The notes under the pieces are model-generated. The model searched no databases, was not told where the DNA came from, and worked only from the letters and a program-made list of their open reading frames with translations. Of a stretch of DNA of 64,000 nucleotides, positions 22,587 through 31,998 are shown piece by piece. This DNA comes from Acidimicrobiaceae bacterium (GTDB taxonomy: Bacteria; Actinomycetota; Acidimicrobiia; Acidimicrobiales; RAAP-2). Positions within the stretch are counted from its first letter, which is position 1, and each line of letters starts with the position of its first letter. The position numbers were made by a program, and so were the translations under genes. Location: positions 137,070 to 201,069 of the forward strand of contig PLHJ01000012.1 of NCBI GenBank assembly GCA_003138895.1. The letters are read 5' to 3'.

Positions 22587-23981
22587 GTGCTCAACCCACC
22601 AGCGTCTCTGTGGTGGTCAACGCTGAGCGAACCAGTAACGCCGCGCGTGGCGCTTCGCGCCCACCTGGACGTCGACGTGGCCATTATCGGAGGCGGCTTC
22701 ACCGGACTCTGGACTGCTCGAGAACTACTTCGTCGCGATCCGTCGCTACAGGTAGCGATACTCGAACAATCTGTGTGTGGCTTTGGCGCGTCGGGAAGAA
22801 ACGGTGGTTGGGCCTCAGCACTGTTTCCCGTGGGCGATCAAGCAGTTATCGATCGTTTTGGAGTGTCCGCGTGGATGAGCCAACGTCGATTGCTCGAAGA
22901 TTCAGTAGTTGCCTTCGGTGCGGCTATTGCTGACGATGGCATCGACGCTCACTTCCAAAAGGGTGGAACCCTTTCGTTCGCTCGAAGCGAGGCGCAACGG
23001 CATCGCCTCAAGCAATTTGTAGAACAAAGCGTCCAACGTGGCGTACCACTCGAAGATTTCCGTTGGCTCTCAAAGGCGGAGGCCAACGAACATGGCGTTG
23101 TCAGCGACGCTCTTGGCGCAACCTACAGTCCGCACTGCGCGCGAATCAATCCCGCCCGCCTCGTACGTGGGCTTGCCGATACCTGCGCACTTCTTGGCGC
23201 CAGAATTTTTGAACAAACCAAGGTGACTCGCGTTCGTGGCGCCACTGCCACACGACGCGCGCAGGTACTCACCACCGAAGGAACCATGACGGCCGACTTT
23301 GTTGTCCAAGCTACGGAGGGCTTCACGCCGACACTGCCTGGCAAACGTCGCAGCGTCGCACCGCTGTACTCACTGATGATTGCCACCGAACCCCTGTCGT
23401 CGTCCTTTTGGGACGAAGTTGGCTTTCGCGGCTACGAAACCTTCAGCGACGGACGACACCTCATCATTTATGGCCAACGAACGAATGATGACCGTATTGC
23501 TTTTGGTGGGCGCGGAGCGCCTTATCATTTCGGCTCCACGGTTGAAGAACGATTCGACAACAACCTTCGCGTTTTTTCGCTTCTAGAAAAAACGCTTCGC
23601 GAACTCTTTCCTTCCTTGCCCGCTAGTGTGACGCACGCCTGGGGTGGTCCGCTCGCAATGCCACGCAACCAGTTCCCCTTCGTCTCCGTCAATTTCGAAT
23701 CGGGACTGGCGTCAGCGGGCGGCTACACCGGCGACGGAGTGGTGCTTAGTTACGTTGCCGCCAACGCCTTGGCGGATCTCCTATCGCACCCCGAGAAAGA
23801 CACCGATTTCACGACGCTTCCTTTTGTGCAACAACCCATTCGACCCTGGGAGTTTGAGCCATTTCGATGGCTGGGCATTAATAGCGTGACCGCGCTCGCC
23901 GCTCGCGCCGACCGCGACGAAGCGCGTTCGGTCAAACCAGGCCAAAGCGCTCGCGCGCTTGGCCGTTGGATTCTGAAATGA
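22587..23981 (+). CDS. FAD-dependent oxidoreductase (PuuB/DadA-like)
   Basis: IIGGGFTG, GASGRNGG, GYTGDGV. Confidence 0.87.
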   Translation: MLNPPASLWWSTLSEPVTPRVALRAHLDVDVAIIGGGFTGLWTARELLRRDPSLQVAILEQSVCGFGASGRNGGWASALFPVGDQAVIDRFGVSAWMSQRRLLEDSVVAFGAAIADDGIDAHFQKGGTLSFARSEAQRHRLKQFVEQSVQRGVPLEDFRWLSKAEANEHGVVSDALGATYSPHCARINPARLVRGLADTCALLGARIFEQTKVTRVRGATATRRAQVLTTEGTMTADFVVQATEGFTPTLPGKRRSVAPLYSLMIATEPLSSSFWDEVGFRGYETFSDGRHLIIYGQRTNDDRIAFGGRGAPYHFGSTVEERFDNNLRVFSLLEKTLRELFPSLPASVTHAWGGPLAMPRNQFPFVSVNFESGLASAGGYTGDGVVLSYVAANALADLLSHPEKDTDFTTLPFVQQPIRPWEFEPFRWLGINSVTALAARADRDEARSVKPGQSARALGRWILK

Positions 23982-23987
23982 ACCCAA

Positions 23988-24626
23988 CTACTTAAGAATA
24001 TTGACGGCCCGGGCAGCGACGATGGCAATGGTCACCAAGGAAACAATTGATTCACTCGCCATAAGGAATTTGGCCGTCGGTGTAAAAGGCATGGCGTCGG
24101 CGGGTGCAAAGCTGGTGCCATTAGTGAACGCCACGTAGAGATAATCAATAAAGGCCGGTCGCCAATTCTTTGGAGCTTGATCGGGTGTCATCATCTGAGG
24201 AAATTGAAAATCAATTGGCTTTTCAAGTGAAGTACCTCGAAGTTGTGGTCCGCCACGGTCAATTTCCCAGTACCAGAGTCCAAACACAATCACGTTCGTT
24301 ACCCACACCAAAACCGCGGAGTAAATGAGACTTCGACCTTGCGTCACGTTGGTGGCGAGCAATCGATGGACGAGCAGAATTACGGACGTTACGTTGGCAA
24401 TATTAATAAGCGCAATCAGGGAAATTGAAGCTCGTCGAACGTGAACTGATTCGTCGGGTTGCCGGTGCTTTCGAAGCGATAATGGGATGAGCGGAAGCGC
24501 AACGAGAACCGGCAATAACCACTTTGGTCCGACGGAAATTCGCCCAGGTAACACGACGTAAAGACCAGCGCAGACGAGAAGAGCGAGTGAGGCCGGCCAG
24601 CGGGGTTCGCGGCGCTCCTCAGGCAT
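23988..24626 (-). CDS. DUF1345-like membrane protein
   Basis: FGLWYWEIDRGG, DFQFPQ, DYLYVAFTN..F; ATG overlaps the Rieske gene stop. Confidence 0.8.
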   Translation of the reverse strand: MPEERREPRWPASLALLVCAGLYVVLPGRISVGPKWLLPVLVALPLIPLSLRKHRQPDESVHVRRASISLIALINIANVTSVILLVHRLLATNVTQGRSLIYSAVLVWVTNVIVFGLWYWEIDRGGPQLRGTSLEKPIDFQFPQMMTPDQAPKNWRPAFIDYLYVAFTNGTSFAPADAMPFTPTAKFLMASESIVSLVTIAIVAARAVNILK

Positions 24627-25635
24627 TCGCGGCCGCCACAAAATCGTGAAGAACTCGTCGAAGTTCGAGCGTTATCTTGTCCGCTCTTGTGTGGAGTTCG
24701 GCCGTACTCTCGAGTGGCAACGCTAAATCTTCGTAACGTGACTGAAGTCGCAAGTCTTCATTTACCACGCGGACTTCAAAGTCAATCGCGTCGGCCATAC
24801 GCTCCAACGAACCTTCAAGGTCATTTCGCCATAACGAAGAATAAATTCGCACATGTTCGTCGTCCTCGGGCGTCAAGAAGAAACCAATCACGTTGGTTCC
24901 ACCAGCGTCCAAAAATTCAATTTCCAACTCCAAGTGGAACGGCGCGTGGTATCGATACGTAAGACGGCGAGTTTGCACCAAAGGTCGAATGCCGGCATCG
25001 ACGCCCGGATCTTCCCGATTGGCAAATTGGTGTTCGTACGAAGCCTCAAACGTAAAGCCATCTCTTTGCACTTTGTAATTGGGTACCTCTTTCGCTTCAC
25101 CCTCACCAAACGTTCCCACGTGAACGAAAGGGAAATGAGCCATATCAAGAAAATTGTCGGCGAGCAGCCCCGCGCTTGCTCGTGCAGTGAACACCGGCAA
25201 GTCCCCCTTCATGTACGACGGATTATTCGCTGCCTCAATCAAGGGAAGTGGCATCAACGGCTCATCAAGAGCAACAAAAACCATGCCATGTGACTCCGCA
25301 ACCCGAGCGGGCGAGTTAAGCACGGCTTTTGGAGGAATTGTTGCTGCAGATCCCAAGGCCGGAATTTCGATGCATCGACCAGATTCGTCAAAGCGCCATC
25401 CGTGATACGCGCATTGCAGCACGTTGTTCTCACAAGTACCGAGCGAAAGAGGAGCGAGTCTATGAGGACATTGGTCGCGATATACACGCATGTCGCCGGA
25501 TGCCACACGGAACGCCACGTAGTTCTCGCCAAGTAAACGAAACGATGCCGGTCGTTGCGTAATTTCACTGCTTCGAGCCAAACTGATCCAACCGCGTCTT
25601 AAAGCGCGATCACAGTTTCGTAGCGCAGATGGCAC
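24619..25635 (-). CDS. Rieske non-heme iron oxygenase, VanA/demethylase-like alpha subunit
   Basis: CPH-x16-CAYH Rieske motif, DNFLDMAHFPFVH mononuclear Fe motif; GTG 25635 with TAGATT 7 nt upstream. Confidence 0.88.
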   Translation of the reverse strand: MPSALRNCDRALRRGWISLARSSEITQRPASFRLLGENYVAFRVASGDMRVYRDQCPHRLAPLSLGTCENNVLQCAYHGWRFDESGRCIEIPALGSAATIPPKAVLNSPARVAESHGMVFVALDEPLMPLPLIEAANNPSYMKGDLPVFTARASAGLLADNFLDMAHFPFVHVGTFGEGEAKEVPNYKVQRDGFTFEASYEHQFANREDPGVDAGIRPLVQTRRLTYRYHAPFHLELEIEFLDAGGTNVIGFFLTPEDDEHVRIYSSLWRNDLEGSLERMADAIDFEVRVVNEDLRLQSRYEDLALPLESTAELHTRADKITLELRRVLHDFVAAANA

Positions 25636-25776
25636 GAGCGTCAATCTAACGGACAAATCAAAGTGCAATGGAACTGATTGTGACTCTCCCGAGAAGTGAC
25701 CAGTAATGAATACATGCCCGTAGTTGTAATAATTGGGCCAATCTGACGCTCGTTAGAGGTAATTCCCGAAGAAAAC

Positions 25777-26571
25777 TTAAAGCGACGAGAGGCCGCTCGA
25801 GGAAAGTAGGCCACCAAGCGAACCGGTGTTTGCTCCCAATACCTTCTTCGTGTTAGCCGACGACAGCGGCTTCACGTCACCGGGTTTCGGGGCGACGATG
25901 TGAACAGGCTGGTTATACGCAAGCACCTTGGCGGTAACGGTCACATCGGTCTGCTTCGAGGTCCAACCAAACGATGCGCCGACAACTTCGCCCTGCTTGC
26001 CTACCGTGATCGAATAGTGCGCAGTAGCCCTCTTGGGAACGGCAATGGGCAAACTAAGCCCAATACCGAGCGAACTGTCGAGTTGTTTGTACGAGTACGT
26101 GGTGTAGAAGCCATTGTGCGAAATGCTCGAACTGGTGTAGGCCGTTATGAGAGCGAGATCAGGTTTCGTCATCTCGAGTGAAAGCCCGAAGAGGTTTGGT
26201 GTCGACAAACTGGTCGACAACCACGATGCTCCCAGCAGCCCAGCAAAATTTGGAAGACCGACGTACAACTTGTTTTTGAGCATCAAAAAATTGAGCGACG
26301 TCGTCGAAAAGCCAGCCGGAATGTCGACTTGCCCACTTAGTGCATTCGTGACGAAATTGATATTGACTTTGGCCGAGACTTCGTAGGCGCCGCCGGTATT
26401 GACGGTGACGAGCAACGTGGCAGTCTTAGGTGGGTAGCCGTTCAGCGCCAACGTATCGTTGGGTACTCCCGAGGGGTTGGGATCCGTCGCGGCAATGACG
26501 ATGCCCGTCACCGTGAGCGCGAATGCGACAACACCAATAATGATGGCCAAGAGGCGTTTGCGTGCTTCCAC
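25777..26571 (-). CDS. Exported/membrane-anchored protein, possible LppX/LprAFG (LolA-like) fold
   Basis: N-terminal TM after RKR, beta-rich body, C-terminal YNQPVHIVAP pattern; the fold call is tentative. Confidence 0.6.
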   Translation of the reverse strand: MEARKRLLAIIIGVVAFALTVTGIVIAATDPNPSGVPNDTLALNGYPPKTATLLVTVNTGGAYEVSAKVNINFVTNALSGQVDIPAGFSTTSLNFLMLKNKLYVGLPNFAGLLGASWLSTSLSTPNLFGLSLEMTKPDLALITAYTSSSISHNGFYTTYSYKQLDSSLGIGLSLPIAVPKRATAHYSITVGKQGEVVGASFGWTSKQTDVTVTAKVLAYNQPVHIVAPKPGDVKPLSSANTKKVLGANTGSLGGLLSSSGLSSL

Positions 26572-26628
26572 TCATTCAGCCTACCGGCCCTACTTTGGCT
26601 GTTTTACTCAGGTATTACAGTCCATCCC

Positions 26629-27072
26629 ATGGAAAAAAGCGAAGAACGCTCGCTTGCGGCAAAACTCTATAACGAGTGCTGGGAAATTCTTGAGTCCTTT
26701 GACGGCACGTCGGATCAGATCGCGACGTTGCTGACGTACGCCTTCACGTCGCGTTACCACTGGCTATCCGTTGGCGAAGCGCAGCAACATATTTGTGCTG
26801 ATTGGATGATTTCTCGCGCCGCGAGCGCTGCTGACTTTGGAGACCTCGCGGTTCTTTTTGCGCGACGCGCTTTCGAAGCTGCAAATGGTGCTGCGGTCGA
26901 CGATTGGTTAAGCGCGAGTGTCGCCGAAGGTCTCGCGCGGGCGTACGCGGCGGCGGGTGACGAAACACTGCGAGAACAGTGGCGAGAAACAGCGAAGGCG
27001 TTGGTGGACGCCATTGGCGATGATGAAGATCGCGACATTATCGCGGGTCAACTCGCGACGGTGCCGCGCTAA
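26629..27072 (+). CDS. Hypothetical all-helical protein
   Basis: 147-aa ORF with plausible composition; TACAGT 7 nt before ATG. Confidence 0.75.
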   Translation: MEKSEERSLAAKLYNECWEILESFDGTSDQIATLLTYAFTSRYHWLSVGEAQQHICADWMISRAASAADFGDLAVLFARRAFEAANGAAVDDWLSASVAEGLARAYAAAGDETLREQWRETAKALVDAIGDDEDRDIIAGQLATVPR

Positions 27073-30000
27073 CGAAAGTCCCTGGACGGTGGCGCGAGTG
27101 CTCTAATTTCGAGAGCCTCTACCGACTCCGCTAACAGGGCGAGCGTTCCTTGTCCTCGCTCCAAACTTCCCCGCACCACCAGCGCCGGAGAATGTCGAGC
27201 CGTCTCTCGCCAACGAGCCCACGCGCCTTTGGAGAAAATGACGTTGACGTGACCGGTCTCGTCTTCCAAGTTAATAAAAACTGCTCCGCGAGCTGTTTCG
27301 GGATGTTGACGGTGCGTCACGATTCCCGCAACGCTCACGCGCTTACTCTCGGCCGCTAGAAGCGAACTCGCCTTCACGACACCACGCTGATCAAGCAACG
27401 GACGAACAATTGCGATAGCTCCCGCGTCCGGAGTGAGTCCCATTGACCAAAGATCATCCGCCACACGTTCAAGTTCCGAAGGCGCGCGAAGTTGCGGCGC
27501 GGTACTTCCCGTCACCACACCCGCAAGGCGATCGGGAGTGCCCTGCGCCGCGGCGCCCGCCGACCACGTGAGTGCTCGACGAGACGAGCCAAAACAGTCC
27601 AGTGCTCCGGCGGACGCCAGTGCTTCGAGATGCTGTTGCTGTGCACCAGCTCGTCGCACGAGATCTTCACTATCGCGCCACGGTGCGCCATCGACAATGG
27701 CCTGCGCCAGTGACGTGCCAACAGAACGCACACCACGAAGACCAAGACGCACCCACGCCTCGTCGTTGTTGTTCTCGAGGCACGCTCCGACCTTTGAGCA
27801 ATTGACGTCGGGACGAAGGACGTGCACACCGTGACGTTGCGCGTCGGCAACCAAACTCTGGGGTGACCAAAAACCCAGTGGTTGCGCGTTCAACAGCGCA
27901 ACGAGGAACGCCGCTGGATAATGGTGCTTGATCCACGCCGAGCAGTACACGAGGTGCGCGAAGGAAACCGAGTGCGACTCGGGAAAACCAAAATTGGCAA
28001 ACGCCGCGAGTGCCTGATAGAGATGGTCGGCGTTCTCGCCGGTAATTCCGTTCTCGGCCATACCGGCATAGAAACGACTCTTGAGTTTCACCATACGAAT
28101 CTCGGAACGTTTGGCGGCCATAGCTTGGCGAAGTTCGTCGGCCTCGGCCGGTGAAAAGCCAGCCACGGCGACCGCCATCTCCATGAGTTGTTCTTGAAAC
28201 AACGGCACGCCGAGTGTTCGACGAAGAATCGGTTCCAGTCGTGGATGCATGTACGTCACTGGTTCGTCACCACGTCGACGGCGAATATACGGATTCACGG
28301 CGTTTCCCTGAATGGGGCCCGGCCGAATAAGCGCAACTTCAATAACGAGGTCGTAAAAGCATCGTGGTCGTACGCGCGGCAACGTCGCCATTTGTGCTCG
28401 TGACTCCACCTGGAAAACACCAACGGTGTCCGAGTTGCACAACAAGTCGTACACCGCGTCTTCTTGAGGCAACTTACCCAGATCGAGACTGACGCCGTGA
28501 AACTCGCGAACGGCGTCCACCGCGCGGTGCAGCGCGTCCAACATGCCCAGACCCAACAGGTCGAACTTCACGAGGCCAATTTCGGCGCAATCATCCTTGT
28601 CCCACTGCAGAACACTTCTGCCCGGCATGCGACCCCACTCCACCGGACACACTTCAATAACCGGTCGATCACAGATCACCATGCCCGCCGAGTGGATACC
28701 CAGGTGACGTGGTCGGTTCTGCAGCTCTTTTGCGAGTTCACGAACCAGACTCGGCACGTGATTGACCACGTTCGAAGCTTCTCGAAGGTCGCCGTAGCGC
28801 TCCACACCCTTGGAAAAACTCGCCACTTCTTTCTCGTTGTAACCGAGCGCACGCCCCACGTCGCGAAGAGCCGAGCGCGAACGATACGTAATGACGTTGG
28901 CCACCTGCGCGGCGTGGCGTCGGTCGTAGCGTTCGTAGACGTATTGAATGACTTCTTCTCGTCGTCCGGATTCAATATCGACGTCAATGTCCGGCGGGCC
29001 ATCGCGCGCCGGTGACAAAAACCGTTCAAAGAAAAGATTGAGGCTGACGGCGTCGGCGTTCGTAATGCCCAGTGAGAAACACACCGCCGAGTTCGCGGCT
29101 GAACCTCTTCCCTGACAGTAGATATTCTCTCGTCGACAAAACTCCGTTATATCCCAAACGATGAGAAAATAACCGGCGAACCCCAAGTCGCCAATGACCT
29201 TTAGTTCGTGATCGATTTGTCGCCAAGCGCCCGGAACACGTTCCTCCGTTCGTGGCCCGTAACGCAACGTCGCGCCGCGCTCGACGAGTTGTTCGAGATA
29301 ACCCTGCTCGTTCAGTCCGTCGGGGGTCGAAAAATCAGGTAGTCGCGGAGCTACGAGACGTAAGTCGAACGCCATGGCGCAAGCGAGTTCACCGGCCTGA
29401 TCCACCACGCCGGGCCAACGAGCAAATCGGCGACGCTGTTCCGCGTCACTACGCAAGCACGCCATGGGCGACGACGGCAGCCAGCCCTCGAGTTCGTCCA
29501 GCGTGCGTCGAGCTCGAATAGCCGCAAGCACGCTGGCGCGCTGGAACCCCGAGGGGGTGGCGTAGTGCACGTTGCCCGTAGCAACAATGGGCACGTGACG
29601 CAGCGTGCCAATTTCTGCCAGCGCGTCGTTTCGAGCAATGTCCTCGGGCGTGCCGTGATCCCATATCTCTACCGCAACGGCGTCGCGTCCGAACACGCTC
29701 GTCAAGTGATCGAGGCGTTTGGCGGCGGCCGATGGCCCACTTTCGTAGAGCGCTCGGGTGAGTGGGCCCTTTCGACAACCCGTCAAGATGAACCACTCGC
29801 CCGCTGCTTCGGCGAGTTCATCAAGGGTGCACCGCGGCGCGCCCTTTTCGCCACGACGAAGGTGCGCCTCGGCGAGCATCGTCGAGAGCCGGCGGTACCC
29901 TTCGGGCGAACGGGCGAGTACGACCAGATGCTCACCGGATGGATCAGCCACCCCCACGCGGTCGTCGTTACCGGCGAGGGTAATCTCCGCGCCAAAAACG

Positions 30001-30185
30001 CTCGCCAGACCCAGTGCGCGCGCCGCCTGCGCGAAGCGAACCACGCCGTAAAGACCGTGGTGATCAGTCAGCGCGAGTCCCGATAATTCCAAGCGCACGG
30101 CTTCGGCCACGAGTTCTTCGGGATCGCTCGCCCCGTCAAGAAAGCTAAATCCCGAATGAGCGTGTAGTTCGCCGTACGTGGCCAT
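27069..30185 (-). CDS. dnaE2: Error-prone DNA polymerase DnaE2 (ImuC)
   Basis: ELHAHS..SFLDG PHP domain, GRGSAANS, PDIDVD, KFDLLGLGML, C-terminal OB fold; ATG 30185 coupled to the imuB stop (TGATG). Confidence 0.96.
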   Translation of the reverse strand: MATYGELHAHSGFSFLDGASDPEELVAEAVRLELSGLALTDHHGLYGVVRFAQAARALGLASVFGAEITLAGNDDRVGVADPSGEHLVVLARSPEGYRRLSTMLAEAHLRRGEKGAPRCTLDELAEAAGEWFILTGCRKGPLTRALYESGPSAAAKRLDHLTSVFGRDAVAVEIWDHGTPEDIARNDALAEIGTLRHVPIVATGNVHYATPSGFQRASVLAAIRARRTLDELEGWLPSSPMACLRSDAEQRRRFARWPGVVDQAGELACAMAFDLRLVAPRLPDFSTPDGLNEQGYLEQLVERGATLRYGPRTEERVPGAWRQIDHELKVIGDLGFAGYFLIVWDITEFCRRENIYCQGRGSAANSAVCFSLGITNADAVSLNLFFERFLSPARDGPPDIDVDIESGRREEVIQYVYERYDRRHAAQVANVITYRSRSALRDVGRALGYNEKEVASFSKGVERYGDLREASNVVNHVPSLVRELAKELQNRPRHLGIHSAGMVICDRPVIEVCPVEWGRMPGRSVLQWDKDDCAEIGLVKFDLLGLGMLDALHRAVDAVREFHGVSLDLGKLPQEDAVYDLLCNSDTVGVFQVESRAQMATLPRVRPRCFYDLVIEVALIRPGPIQGNAVNPYIRRRRGDEPVTYMHPRLEPILRRTLGVPLFQEQLMEMAVAVAGFSPAEADELRQAMAAKRSEIRMVKLKSRFYAGMAENGITGENADHLYQALAAFANFGFPESHSVSFAHLVYCSAWIKHHYPAAFLVALLNAQPLGFWSPQSLVADAQRHGVHVLRPDVNCSKVGACLENNNDEAWVRLGLRGVRSVGTSLAQAIVDGAPWRDSEDLVRRAGAQQQHLEALASAGALDCFGSSRRALTWSAGAAAQGTPDRLAGVVTGSTAPQLRAPSELERVADDLWSMGLTPDAGAIAIVRPLLDQRGVVKASSLLAAESKRVSVAGIVTHRQHPETARGAVFINLEDETGHVNVIFSKGAWARWRETARHSPALVVRGSLERGQGTLALLAESVEALEIRALAPPSRDFR

Positions 30186-31267
30186 CAGTCGTAAATTCCC
30201 GCGAGCCACCACGAACCACCTTCGGCGTACAGCAAAAACGCCTGATTCGTTGCGAGCACGACTTGTACGTGAGCGCGGCGCCGACGCGCGCTCCACCACC
30301 GCTCAATCTGCGGCCAGGGACCAGCGAACCACGTAATGGCCTGGGAAGCACCTGCTCGAAAAACCAGTTGCGTCGGGGTATCGCTCAAGAGTCCTCGCGC
30401 GTCAACACACACCGCCCGTGAAGAAGCGTCCAAGAGCCCCACGGTGACGGGATGGCGAAAGGCCGTCGCGGGCGTCGGGGCGGGTAACTGCCCCGGCCAA
30501 GGTTCGGCCTCGTTGGTGGTCGTAGGCGTGGGAGCGTCCCAGGGAAGTAGTACCACTCGGTCTTGTGGCGCACGGCCGCCACGAACGTGAGCCCGAAGAA
30601 CACCGTCGGGTCCGAGTCGTTCTCGCACCCGGTGCGCCGCGGTGGTGGCGCGAAGATCGTGACCACGGCGTTCACCAAAAAACCCCGACTGTGCGGCGCG
30701 GACGTCGTCATCGCCGCACAAGGTTCGCAGGCGTTGCTCCATACGCGCATCACGTTGACCGAGTAATTCACTTTCTTCACCCCGTGCCACTCGGTGCACG
30801 TGCAGCGCGTGGCGATTGAATCGTTCGCCAACGCGAGCAACTGGCAAATCACCGAATTCGCCCACCGTGTGAATTCCCAAGCGGCGACCCACCGTGGCGA
30901 GATCGTCGCGACCGAGCGCACTGAGCGGAAGCGACCGTACAAAATTCATGGTGTGACCCACCGGCACCACGAGGTGAGCACGAGCGGCGGCTTCACCAGC
31001 GAAGAGCCCATCAGCAATGCCGAGATACGGCGCTATATCAATAATGCGTACAACGGTCTCTCGAACAATGTTCAGTACCGCCTCTTCACCACCAAAAAAA
31101 CGACTGGGGCCGCGAACGGGTAAAGCAAAGACGCCAAATCGAATTGGTTCAACGAACGGACACAGTGCGCGTAGTTCTTGAAAAAGCGTGAGGTACTGAC
31201 GAGCGTTGGCACCATCGGCACCTTCGCTCGCGAGTGACGGCAACCATAAAACGAGTAGTCGTTCCAC
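30185..31267 (-). CDS. imuB: ImuB-like inactive Y-family polymerase homologue (short form)
   Basis: PVRGPSRFFGGE, GIAD, LGIHTVGEF, PWPGQLP, WFAGPW..ERWW, W.LAGIYD; lies between imuA' and dnaE2. Confidence 0.88.
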   Translation of the reverse strand: MERLLVLWLPSLASEGADGANARQYLTLFQELRALCPFVEPIRFGVFALPVRGPSRFFGGEEAVLNIVRETVVRIIDIAPYLGIADGLFAGEAAARAHLVVPVGHTMNFVRSLPLSALGRDDLATVGRRLGIHTVGEFGDLPVARVGERFNRHALHVHRVARGEESELLGQRDARMEQRLRTLCGDDDVRAAQSGFFGERRGHDLRATTAAHRVRERLGPDGVLRAHVRGGRAPQDRVVLLPWDAPTPTTTNEAEPWPGQLPAPTPATAFRHPVTVGLLDASSRAVCVDARGLLSDTPTQLVFRAGASQAITWFAGPWPQIERWWSARRRRAHVQVVLATNQAFLLYAEGGSWWLAGIYD

Positions 31268-31269
31268 GA

Positions 31270-31929
31270 CTAGCTCGCGAGTACCCGACCCGTTGACGAC
31301 GGAAGATCAATGGCATATTCCATCATTCGTCGCGCACTTCCTCGACCCGAGACGCGAACCGTTGCCGTACGCGTTGTGAGACGCGACGAACTGTTCCACT
31401 GCGCCTTCGTTATTTCCAACGTCAGATCAACCGGCAAAGGCCACTGCGCGTTGGGTTCACTGAGGACAATGAGCACGGTCGAGCGTTCACGCACGCGACT
31501 CATGAGTCGTCGCGCCGACGCGAGTGCGGGGCGACTGGGCGGACGCACCACCAACACGTCAACGCCGTCGAGTAAATCAGCCGCGCACTCGGCCCACGCT
31601 CCTCGAGGGCGCGGTACGAACAACACGCGACGTAAATCAATGCCGAGGTCCACCATTGCCACAACACCGGGATCATCAACGCCCACGACCGCGCACCAGT
31701 GTTCACTGGCGCTAAGACCGCTCAACAAACTGAGCGCGAGGGTGAGGCCGCCCGTGCCCGGAGCCGCCTCCACACAGACCGTGCTGCCGCGTCGCAGTCC
31801 GTGTTCGGGCAGGATTTGCTCCCACGAGGGGTCCACCGGAATTTTGCGACTCGAGGCCGCCGCCACGGGTCGAACTTTGGCGGCGAGAGAAGCCGGTAAT
31901 TCTGGGCGATTTTGAGAAAAAGCGAACAT
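31270..31929 (-). CDS. imuA: ImuA'-like RecA-family protein
   Basis: GLRRGS, degenerate Walker A (GTGGLT), W.AVVG, G.DL.R; first gene of the cassette. Confidence 0.85.
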   Translation of the reverse strand: MFAFSQNRPELPASLAAKVRPVAAASSRKIPVDPSWEQILPEHGLRRGSTVCVEAAPGTGGLTLALSLLSGLSASEHWCAVVGVDDPGVVAMVDLGIDLRRVLFVPRPRGAWAECAADLLDGVDVLVVRPPSRPALASARRLMSRVRERSTVLIVLSEPNAQWPLPVDLTLEITKAQWNSSSRLTTRTATVRVSGRGSARRMMEYAIDLPSSTGRVLAS

Positions 31930-31936
31930 ACGTTCG
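31923..31936. promoter_or_regulatory. LexA (SOS) box
   Basis: CGAAC-ATAC-GTTCG matches the Gram-positive/actinobacterial GAAC-N4-GTTC consensus; lies at the head of imuA'-imuB-dnaE2. Confidence 0.9.
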
Positions 31937-31998
31937 TAACTGTACACAGTGGGCGTTACATGCGCCAATGCACCTATCGTTGGGGGAAAGGAGGGGCT

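Noticed and set aside
25634-25753. 10-bp inverted repeat (ACGAGCGTCA/TGACGCTCGT) that could sequester the Rieske start codon
   Set aside because: The gene looks leaderless (TAGATT 7 nt upstream), so the distal arm would not be in its mRNA; it may be chance.
30186-30299. N-terminal extension of DnaE2 in the ORF track
   Set aside because: It overlaps imuB; ATG 30185 is coupled to the imuB stop and directly precedes the PHP motif.
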